From assembly GCA_003538775.1 (NCBI GenBank), contig DPRG01000006.1, positions 1 through 35,804 on the forward strand: a stretch of 35,804 nucleotides of DNA. Reading direction: 5' to 3'. This DNA comes from Thermotogota bacterium (lineage in GTDB: Bacteria > Thermotogota > Thermotogae > UBA12178). Each line of letters opens with the position of its first letter. Position 1 is the stretch's first letter. Shown in pieces: positions 29,501 to 35,804 of the stretch. A program made the position numbers and the translations under genes. Under the pieces are notes generated by a model that saw only the letters and a list, made by a program, of their open reading frames with translations, ran no database searches and had not been told where the DNA came from.

Positions 29501-30604
29501 GATTTCAACAATCCTACCTTCGTATTGAGCAAAAGAGATGTCTTTTAAAAATAGCTTCAAATCAGGATCTATCGCGTCGTAATCGTCTATCAATATGAAG
29601 AGATTGTCGAATCCCTGAAGTAGGATTTTTACAGCCAGTTTGACCGCGTCGTTCAACGTTCCTGAACTCACGTAATCCATCAAAACTCTTTGAGTCTCGG
29701 GACTTAGATTATCGAGTTTCTCTGCTCCAATCTGAACGAGTGATTCGATAAGCCTTTTAATGTCTCTTGCGACAATTACGCTGTAACCAGACTCTCTCAA
29801 TTCGTGCTGGATCATTTCCAAGAAGGTGGATTTTCCCACACCGTGTTCACCAAAGATATGAAAGACATGAAAGCCCGCATCGAGTTCTTCGATTTTTTCC
29901 CTTACCAGGTGTAATAATTCATCCCTGCCGACAGGCGGCAGGGTAAGCTGAACGTATTCACGGCGAATTCCCCTGCTTTTCCACTCTTCAACGCACCCTG
30001 GTAGCGATACGTGAGAAGGACGCGAAGACGGATCTTCAGCTGTCAGAGATGTTACGAGCGTTTTAAGAGCATCAGGTATTTCGCTTTTAAGAAGTTCTTC
30101 CATCGTTTTCCCAAGGACATAGATCGAAGAAGTGATGTGCATTTTACCTGTTTTTAGAAAATATGGATCGACAAAGGCGTTTTCGGAAAGCGCCTCAGGT
30201 TTGAACCACACTGGAAGCAGGAAGAAAAAGTCATCGAGCTCCAAAATGTCATCGAATCCGAAAGTCGCAAAGGCTGGAATGTCCATATGGCTAAGTAGAT
30301 GTGCCAGTTCAAGGAGTTTTGCCGCCAGATACTTTTTTTCGCCGCTTTCCAGATGTTGTGGAGCAACAGGGGCTTCAGCTCGAAATGGATAATAGATCTT
30401 TATCACGTCACTGAATTCCACCCTTTTGGGGAGGATAAGATCTCTCAAATTGAATTCTCTGAGTTTCTGAAGCCTCGTGACAAAATCCGCGTAGTGACTT
30501 CCAGGGGAATGAGACATCACCTTCATTCTGAGGTATTCATTGCCTTCCACAACAAGAAACTCTTCACCGGAATAGGTGTTTCGCAAACGTCGAAGGATCT
30601 TCAT
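26561..30604 (-). CDS. Multidomain diguanylate cyclase: degenerate kinase-like domain + STAND-type ATPase + TPR-like helical region + GAF-like + GGDEF
   Basis: SIYVLG..MEELL and L..DP..RP kinase C-lobe motifs; VGRDEL, Walker A GEHGVGKS, Walker B FILIDD, GIP; DPLTGL, DIDDFKQINDTYGH..GD, RATD-IVGRY-GGEEF. Confidence 0.85.
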   Translation of the reverse strand: MKILRRLRNTYSGEEFLVVEGNEYLRMKVMSHSPGSHYADFVTRLQKLREFNLRDLILPKRVEFSDVIKIYYPFRAEAPVAPQHLESGEKKYLAAKLLELAHLLSHMDIPAFATFGFDDILELDDFFFLLPVWFKPEALSENAFVDPYFLKTGKMHITSSIYVLGKTMEELLKSEIPDALKTLVTSLTAEDPSSRPSHVSLPGCVEEWKSRGIRREYVQLTLPPVGRDELLHLVREKIEELDAGFHVFHIFGEHGVGKSTFLEMIQHELRESGYSVIVARDIKRLIESLVQIGAEKLDNLSPETQRVLMDYVSSGTLNDAVKLAVKILLQGFDNLFILIDDYDAIDPDLKLFLKDISFAQYEGRIVEILVTHSAEGLDVSASISLNIPPLGQEEIGRLLRFVFEDLPEDTRQQITRWLHSLSEGIPGLAVEILRTLYPQLRKNPEEFEPQKLKGFDYLIEARLKSVPKEYIWTWSRLALLGTRFSEDEINALVKVLDVPVHSLRNALEKLMKYGFLYKESDEIYKFNLHEFWEIFAKQVEEAEAKKIYERLYRMVDDPWLKAWYLERLGKLRSAAALCIKEAIKALDDGNYLRAKMFLEEAKSFLKQGETSYALGTRFAWLLSEIEERQEDAEKLLDEHVTITHLKDFYRLSIALNSENLEEARKLALRMDERLRDFPPYLRLRVLTLLLKFANLKGERPEELVNLSRQELERFTPLNCKHHVVYAEFQGELALLELSVSSHVGTSTMEKLKNAMETLEKHRAWVELIKLQSAVANRFLPVLPALGQHLLESASSKSKELGIHNKLINLKLELLVNSLYKGQKREFLRELQEIRSVATASGNLYGITRTYFIEGMFHAYNKEYEDAEEDLKRELQIEEASGFRKRALRAMATLYAMKGDLERSRELLLENIDDPAISHTSFLPFAHLILAKSDEDFKKAWKELIEKTVFWREESILIFSERMIRLNRDFFLKIAFESEESNALADMLLSLALIYEGLGKAFWADGENLKARRFLRRAYEIYESIGFDNAADALESYPVFAGSKKLYENRQDWYRTQNLMKNEALMTIRFANNIASTKELLEYLSNRLGNLIPAENISMVLRRHSQPLVQYGEIPENLLSQDFIKDISGSQPLKILQSMRIDSEHDLVVLIENPHLFLDDQTFEYYLEFLNQMEIALIGTIRFSMAQETSITDPLTGLYTRWYFTKRLEEEFERYRRYGIPFSVIMADIDDFKQINDTYGHPKGDEVLKFIAAIMTSSVRATDIVGRYGGEEFILILTNTVKSKAIEVAEKLRSTIKSRNPFPFPITISLGVSGLPDDRPERAADLVSLADKALYVSKNSGKDRVSYA

Positions 30605-30631
30605 GCTATCTCCCCGTTAGCCTGAAATGTG

Positions 30632-30667
30632 ATGATATACCATGAAAATATATCATAATCCATGAAA
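30632..30667. promoter_or_regulatory. Inverted repeat ATGATATA-N9-TATATCAT with interleaved CCATGAAA direct repeat, upstream of the cyclase gene
   Basis: Arms at 30632-39 and 30649-56; CCATGAAA at 30640-47 and 30660-67. Confidence 0.4.
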
Positions 30668-30685
30668 CAAAACAAACCTTCTCAT

Positions 30686-32005
30686 TCAGCTTTTCATAAA
30701 TTCACTGAACCATTTAGCGCTGTCTTTCAGATAGCGTTTCTGTGTGGTGTAATCCACATAAACAAGGCCAAAGCGTTTTGAGTATCCAAAGGCCCATTCG
30801 AAGTTATCCATCAGCGTCCATACGAAGTAACCCCTGAGGTCGACGCCATCTTTTATGGCTTTTAAGGCCTTTTCAAAGTGAGTTTCCAGGTATTCTATTC
30901 TGTAAGGATCGTGAACCTCACCGTTTTCGAGAACGTCAGGGCCAGCCATTCCGTTTTCGGTCACATAAAGTGGTAATCTATAGGAATTCCAGAGTCTTTT
31001 CAGCATGTCGTAGAGCCCTTGAGGATAGATTTCCCATCCCATTTCGGTTTTTGGAAGGGGGCCTTCGACGTGTTTGTACTTCATGGGAGATTCGGGATCG
31101 AACGCGATAAGTTGTCTTGTGTAGTAGTTAACTCCGAAGAAATCGAACGGGGTGGATATAACGTCCATGTCGTCATCTCTTACTTTAATACCGATGCTTT
31201 CAAGAGTTCGGCGCGCTTCTTCCGGATACACGCCTTTTATCACCGTGTCATGGAACCAGCCGTTCACGAGCTGATCCACTATAGCCGCTGCCTGTATGTC
31301 CTCAGGTTTGTCGGTAGCCGGCTCCACCTTGGAGACCACGTTGGTGAGACCTATGAGACCGTCTTTTACCACTGAGCGGAATTCTTTCACTGCAAGACCG
31401 TGAGCTCTGAGAAGATTGTGAGCGGCTGTAATCGCTTCTTGGATGTCGGTGTGTCCTGGCGCATGGATGCCCATGAAATATCCGAGAAAGGCTGAACACC
31501 AGGGTTCGTTGAGTGTTATCCATAGTTTCACGCGATCTCCGAGTTTCTCAAAAACCGTGGCGGCGTAATCTCTGAAGTAAAGAGGTGTGTCGTCGGAAAG
31601 CCATCCTTTAGAGCCGTTTAGGGCGGAAGGTAAATCCCAGTGGTACAACGTCACCATCGGTTTTATATCGTTTGCCAGGAGTTCATCAACCAGACGCTGA
31701 TAAAAGTCCATACCCTTGGGATTGTATGTTTTTCCATCTGGCATTATACGAGGCCACGCTATAGAGAAACGATAGCCTTCCACACCTATCTCCTTCATAA
31801 TTCTGACATCTTCTTTATATCGGTGGTAATGGTCGCAGGCAACGTCTCCTGTCTCGCCTGTGATGATCTTTCCAGGAGTGTGAGAGAAGTCATCCCAGAT
31901 GGAAGGACCTCTTCCATCCTCGTTTACCGCGCCTTCGATCTGATATGAAGCGGTCGCCACTCCGAATATAAAATCAGCCGGAAAGTCAGATCTTTTCACC
32001 CTCAT
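30686..32005 (-). CDS. bglA: GH1 beta-glucosidase
   Basis: FGVATASYQIEG, YRFSIAWPR, TLYHWDLP, TLNEP (acid/base), YVTENG (nucleophile), DNFEW; no signal peptide. Confidence 0.95.
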   Translation of the reverse strand: MRVKRSDFPADFIFGVATASYQIEGAVNEDGRGPSIWDDFSHTPGKIITGETGDVACDHYHRYKEDVRIMKEIGVEGYRFSIAWPRIMPDGKTYNPKGMDFYQRLVDELLANDIKPMVTLYHWDLPSALNGSKGWLSDDTPLYFRDYAATVFEKLGDRVKLWITLNEPWCSAFLGYFMGIHAPGHTDIQEAITAAHNLLRAHGLAVKEFRSVVKDGLIGLTNVVSKVEPATDKPEDIQAAAIVDQLVNGWFHDTVIKGVYPEEARRTLESIGIKVRDDDMDVISTPFDFFGVNYYTRQLIAFDPESPMKYKHVEGPLPKTEMGWEIYPQGLYDMLKRLWNSYRLPLYVTENGMAGPDVLENGEVHDPYRIEYLETHFEKALKAIKDGVDLRGYFVWTLMDNFEWAFGYSKRFGLVYVDYTTQKRYLKDSAKWFSEFMKS

Positions 32006-32099
32006 CTTTTTCCCTCCCGTTCAAAACATCTCATGTTCGATTTTTATTCTACATCATTCTATGATACACTACTTTAGAGGAAAGTAGGAGGTGTAAAGA

Positions 32100-32318
32100 A
32101 TGCAGACTTTTCTTGCGATACTTGGGGTGATATTTCTCATATACCTTTTGTTCAGGTTCTTTCCCGTCTTTGCTGGTCTTGCCGGTCTTGTGCTGGGTGG
32201 TGTCGTGATCGCATTGATAGCCCTCGGCTTCATACTCATAGCGCTTCCCATAGTGGTGCTCGCACTCGTTCTTGTTGGTGGGATGTGGCTTTTCAAGAAG
32301 ATAAGAGAGTCTATTTAG
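32100..32318 (+). CDS. Small hydrophobic membrane protein of unknown function
   Basis: 72 aa, almost entirely hydrophobic with a basic C-terminus; strong SD GGAGGTG at 32087-93. Confidence 0.7.
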   Translation: MQTFLAILGVIFLIYLLFRFFPVFAGLAGLVLGGVVIALIALGFILIALPIVVLALVLVGGMWLFKKIRESI

Positions 32319-32321
32319 AAC

Positions 32322-32555
32322 ATGAGGCTGGACAAGTTTTTAAAACAGACCAGATTGATAAAACGAAGAAGTGTTGCAAAAGCCATGGCCGATGCAGGAC
32401 GAATCCTGAAAAACGGGATCCCTTTGAAACCTTCATATGACGTCAAACCGGGTGATGAACTGGAAATACGGTTTTTTTCGAAGCGACTTCTTATAAGGGT
32501 TACCGGCGATCTCGAGGTAGAAGTTTTGCACGCCGTAAAGGAAGATGATGTGTGA
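32322..32555 (+). CDS. S4-domain RNA-binding protein (YabO/Hsp15-like)
   Basis: MRLDKFLK, RLIKRR..AK, G...KPS..VK.GD.LEI. Confidence 0.88.
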   Translation: MRLDKFLKQTRLIKRRSVAKAMADAGRILKNGIPLKPSYDVKPGDELEIRFFSKRLLIRVTGDLEVEVLHAVKEDDV

Positions 32556-32590
32556 TTTGCTGAATCGACGTTTACTTCTGATATAAAACC

Positions 32591-32626
32591 GTCCCCGGTC
32601 AGAAAGACCGGGGACAGCTGTTTTTT
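32591..32626. terminator. Intrinsic terminator, probably bidirectional, between the S4 gene and lamA
   Basis: 10-bp stem GTCCCCGGTC/GACCGGGGAC, 5-nt loop; T run downstream on + and AAAA upstream. Confidence 0.8.
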
Positions 32627-32632
32627 ATGGCC

Positions 32633-34591
32633 TCATTCCACGGGGATAATCGTTACATCGTCAAAGTAGATCGTGGTTGGAGTGTGAAGGCCGAGTTCGA
32701 AGCTTATCTGTACGACCTCATCAGCATCCTCCGGATGGGTGTATTCAAAAGAGAACTCCTGCCACTCGTTTGTGAGATTCACCGTTTCAGCAAAGTAGTT
32801 TATCCACGGATCGTGGTTCTGAAGGATCTTTGCGTTTATAGGTCTTTCCTCATCGGCTTTCGCTTTGAAGGAGAAAGTGTAGGTCTTTCCAGGATAAAGG
32901 CCTATCCACTGGTTGAACTGAATGTGCCACGCTTCACTTCCTGGGTCTTCGATCGTTATGTAAGCGTATCCATCGGTCACACCGTAATCGGAGACACGTG
33001 CACCGCTTATACCGTAGTCTCCCGCCTGCCAGATAAACCACTCATCGGGGTTGTTCTCCTGGTCGTTGACAATGGGTTCATCGAAAGTGCCGTTGTTGAC
33101 CTCTTCATAGGTTACCTCTGGTCCTTCTTCTTCAAGTGATAGCTCGTATTCGCAATCGTCCACCTCACCAGAGATCGTATCTGGATTCACATCTTCATAA
33201 ACCCTTATGTAGTCTATGTACATTCTCTGGGGGAATGTGGTGGTCTCATCGGGATATCCCGGCCAGTACCCGCCCACGGCGACGTTCATTATCAGGAAAA
33301 ACGGATGGTCGAAAACCCAGTTGAGACCCATTTCCGCCAGTTCATCTTTGCTCAGTATGTGATACAGATATCCGTCAACATACCATTCAACCTCATCTTC
33401 ATCCCATTCTATCGAGAAGACATGAAAGTCTTCTGAAAAGTCCGTTTCACCGTCTGTGTAAGGTACCCCAATGCTTGCACCTCCAGAGTATCCCGGTCCA
33501 TGTGCTGTTCCGTAGATCGTTTTTGTATCGTGTCCGAGCATTTCCATAATGTCTATCTCGCCGCAGTTTGGCCAGCCGACTTCTCCTATATCAGAGCCGA
33601 GCATCCAGAGCGCTGGCCATATTCCCTGTCCCTTGGGAAGTTTCGCTCTGATCTCTATCTTTCCGTAGTGTATCTCGTACTTACCTTCAGTTGTTAATCT
33701 GGCGGAGGTGTAGTCGTAGGTCCCGTATTCATCAGAGACAGTTTCTTCTCTCGCCTCGATTACGAGGCATCCATCTTCTATGAAGGCGTTGTCGGTTGCG
33801 TAATACTCGAGTTCGGCATTTCCCCAGCCAGGAATACCCTTAGCGTGGCCGTTTCCTATTTCGAAGTTCCAGACGCTCGTATCAATGGTCTCCTCATCGA
33901 ATTCCTGACTCCATACGAGCTGCCAGTCCTCCACAGCATCTTCATCCTCCTCTGTGTATATTTCATCTTCCTCTCCTTCCACTTCTATTTCGCCGAGGTC
34001 TTCCATAACCACATCGTCTATCCAGATCGTTCCCGTGGCCCTTCCAAGCTGGAACTCAAAGCGTGCACCTTCATCTGTATCCTGGGACATTATGAAATCG
34101 AATTCAAACGATTCCCAGTCTGTTGTTAAATCGAAAACTATACCACCAGATTCGTCCGTTCCCGGGTTGTAGGCAGGCCAGCCTCTACCAGCGGTTCCGC
34201 CTATTTTCACTCCTATGTTTCTATCGAGGGATGCCTTAGCTTTGAAAGCGACCCTGTACTTGTGCAGTTTCTCGACGGTTATCGGTGCTTGGAGTATCTG
34301 GACCGACCACGTGTGTGCTCCGCCGTTTGTGATGTCAACCCTCAACGTTTCGTCTTCGATGGTAGCTGTCGCTTCAACGTCAGGATCTGTTCTGAACGCC
34401 CAGTTGTTGCTTGTGTCGAAATCTCCAGTCGGCGAATCTGGAATATCCGTCCCGATCACCAGTATCGGCTCGTTAAAAGTGCCGTTACCCAAAATATTCT
34501 GAGTTTCAAGTTCGACGGGTTTCTGACAACCGAAAAGAGGGATAAGCATTAACACACCAAACAGAAAGATGAGTGGGGTTTTGAACTTCAT
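32633..34591 (-). CDS. lamA: GH16 laminarinase (endo-1,3-beta-glucanase) with N- and C-terminal CBM4-type modules; predicted lipoprotein
   Basis: WP..GEIDIME catalytic motif, WGNAELEYY, YTSARL; two related NGTFxEPI CBM repeats; start ATG 34591 (SD GGGAGGTG); lipobox LFG|C. Confidence 0.93.
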   Translation of the reverse strand: MKFKTPLIFLFGVLMLIPLFGCQKPVELETQNILGNGTFNEPILVIGTDIPDSPTGDFDTSNNWAFRTDPDVEATATIEDETLRVDITNGGAHTWSVQILQAPITVEKLHKYRVAFKAKASLDRNIGVKIGGTAGRGWPAYNPGTDESGGIVFDLTTDWESFEFDFIMSQDTDEGARFEFQLGRATGTIWIDDVVMEDLGEIEVEGEEDEIYTEEDEDAVEDWQLVWSQEFDEETIDTSVWNFEIGNGHAKGIPGWGNAELEYYATDNAFIEDGCLVIEAREETVSDEYGTYDYTSARLTTEGKYEIHYGKIEIRAKLPKGQGIWPALWMLGSDIGEVGWPNCGEIDIMEMLGHDTKTIYGTAHGPGYSGGASIGVPYTDGETDFSEDFHVFSIEWDEDEVEWYVDGYLYHILSKDELAEMGLNWVFDHPFFLIMNVAVGGYWPGYPDETTTFPQRMYIDYIRVYEDVNPDTISGEVDDCEYELSLEEEGPEVTYEEVNNGTFDEPIVNDQENNPDEWFIWQAGDYGISGARVSDYGVTDGYAYITIEDPGSEAWHIQFNQWIGLYPGKTYTFSFKAKADEERPINAKILQNHDPWINYFAETVNLTNEWQEFSFEYTHPEDADEVVQISFELGLHTPTTIYFDDVTIIPVE

Positions 34592-34625
34592 ATCCAACAC
34601 CTCCCATAAAATAAATATGTGATTT

Positions 34626-35804
34626 TTAATCCTTTTCAAGAACGAAAAATCCCTTTAGCCTTATATCTTTCGACGAGGCGCCTATTCTCACTTCATATGT
34701 TCCTGCTTCAAGAAGCCATTTTTCACCGTCGAAACTTGAAAGATCATTCAAAGGAATCTCCAGGTTTATCTTTTCAGTTTCTCCAGGTTCCAGCATTTTC
34801 GTTTTGTGGAACGCTTTCAGTTCCTGAAAGGGTTTATCGAGTTTGCCCCGGGGTGGTTTAACATAAACCTGTGAGACTTCTTTGCCGGGACGAGCACCAC
34901 TGTTGGTTATGGAATAGGAAAGTTTCAGAACACCGTTTTCGATGGATACTTCCAGATCATCATACTCGAATTCGGTATAAGAGAGTCCGAAGCCGAATTC
35001 GTAGGCTGGTTCAACACCGAATGTGTCGTAATACCTATATCCAACAAAGATGTCCTCCACATAGGTAACCTTTTCTGGATTGTCTTCAGGCTCTCCTGGA
35101 AAATTCCATGAAGGAACATCAGAATAATCCATAGGAAAGGTTACAGGAAGTTTCCCTGAAGGGTTTATTTTCCCTGTCAGGACGTCTGCCACGATCCTCC
35201 CTGTTTCCTGCCCTGCCTGCCAGGCAAGAAGAATACCGTCAGCGAGATTCCTCCAGCTTACGACTTCTACCGGACTCCCGATGTTCAGAACCACAATAAC
35301 CTTCCTGTCAAACGAATGGAATATTTCGGAAATCCTTTCCAGTAGCTCCCTTTCGTCATCAGAGAGATAGAAATCACCCTTTACGGGTTTCCTGTCGTAC
35401 CCTTCTCCAGATATCCTGCTTATTACCACGACCGCCACATCGTTGTTTTGTGCGAGGTGTTCGATTTCCTCCTTGGAAAGAAAATTCTCCGGTAGTTTGG
35501 GTTTTATAACCGTTCCCCAGGAGTCTTTTCTTGGTTTGTAGTCTTCTTTGGTTCTCATTTCTTCTATGTATTCCCTGTAGGTTTTTGCAAGACTCTCGTC
35601 GAGCTTGAGAGCGCTCTCTCTTATCCCTTCTATGATGGATATCGTGTATTTTGGATGTGTATCCCCGCTGCCAGTTCCGCCTTTTATCGTTTCGATCTGT
35701 CCGGTGCCAAATACTGCTATCCGGGTTCCGTTACCGAGTGGAAGGGTGGCGTTGTTTTTGAGCAAAACAACTCCTTCGGCTCCCGCGAGATAGGCTATCC
35801 TGGC
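34626..35804 (-). CDS. bglB: GH3 beta-glucosidase, 5'-truncated by the window edge
   Basis: Open frame runs to the window end (ARIAYLAGAEGVVLLKNN); GGTGSG, SRISGEGYDR, WQAGQE, SGKLP.TFP, VGYRYYD, FGFGLSYT, FnIII-like C-terminus. Confidence 0.92.
   Translation of the reverse strand, partial: ARIAYLAGAEGVVLLKNNATLPLGNGTRIAVFGTGQIETIKGGTGSGDTHPKYTISIIEGIRESALKLDESLAKTYREYIEEMRTKEDYKPRKDSWGTVIKPKLPENFLSKEEIEHLAQNNDVAVVVISRISGEGYDRKPVKGDFYLSDDERELLERISEIFHSFDRKVIVVLNIGSPVEVVSWRNLADGILLAWQAGQETGRIVADVLTGKINPSGKLPVTFPMDYSDVPSWNFPGEPEDNPEKVTYVEDIFVGYRYYDTFGVEPAYEFGFGLSYTEFEYDDLEVSIENGVLKLSYSITNSGARPGKEVSQVYVKPPRGKLDKPFQELKAFHKTKMLEPGETEKINLEIPLNDLSSFDGEKWLLEAGTYEVRIGASSKDIRLKGFFVLEKD

Noticed and set aside
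32627-33139. 170-aa plus-strand ORF after the terminator
   Set aside because: Fully antisense to the lamA C-terminal CBM; starts just past a terminator with no SD.
1-35804. CRISPR array, tRNA/rRNA, transposase, integrase or prophage genes
   Set aside because: No regularly spaced repeat-spacer units, cloverleaf-compatible intergenic segments, or recombinase/phage motifs were seen; all large gaps were read.

Overview
Gene-dense chromosomal segment (GC roughly 45-50% by eye), most likely from a Thermotogota bacterium. This assignment rests on recalled similarity of FliG, the laminarinase, the GH3 and GH1 glucosidases and a TM1266-family protein to Thermotoga/Fervidobacterium proteins, and on the yceD-rpmF-plsX-glmS-rsfS gene order. 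Left to right: (1) a repeat-bearing non-coding end; (2) a minus-strand birA-cof-degT-lnt-acyltransferase_3 operon; (3) a plus-strand ppa-DUF362/ferredoxin-TM1266-like-racemase operon; (4) a minus-strand flagellar operon, fliF-fliG-fliH-fliI, with a lytic transglycosylase carrying a predicted beta-barrel at its front and a translationally coupled DmpA-type peptidase at its end; (5) yceD-rpmF-plsX-glmS-rsfS-rpsB, with a structured rpsB leader and a terminator; (6) MFS-nucleosidase-mrp-hpt-small pilin-like ORF-gatB-orphan beta-rich protein-hemW; (7) a 1347-aa pseudokinase-STAND ATPase-TPR-GGDEF protein; (8) a beta-glucan locus (bglA, lamA, partial bglB) interrupted by a two-gene cassette. No tRNA, rRNA, CRISPR array, transposase or integrase was seen. 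The best candidates for undescribed biology are the cell-wall enzymes coupled to the flagellar operon and the NLR-like diguanylate cyclase next to the glucan genes. All domain calls come from motifs read by eye; no searches were run.
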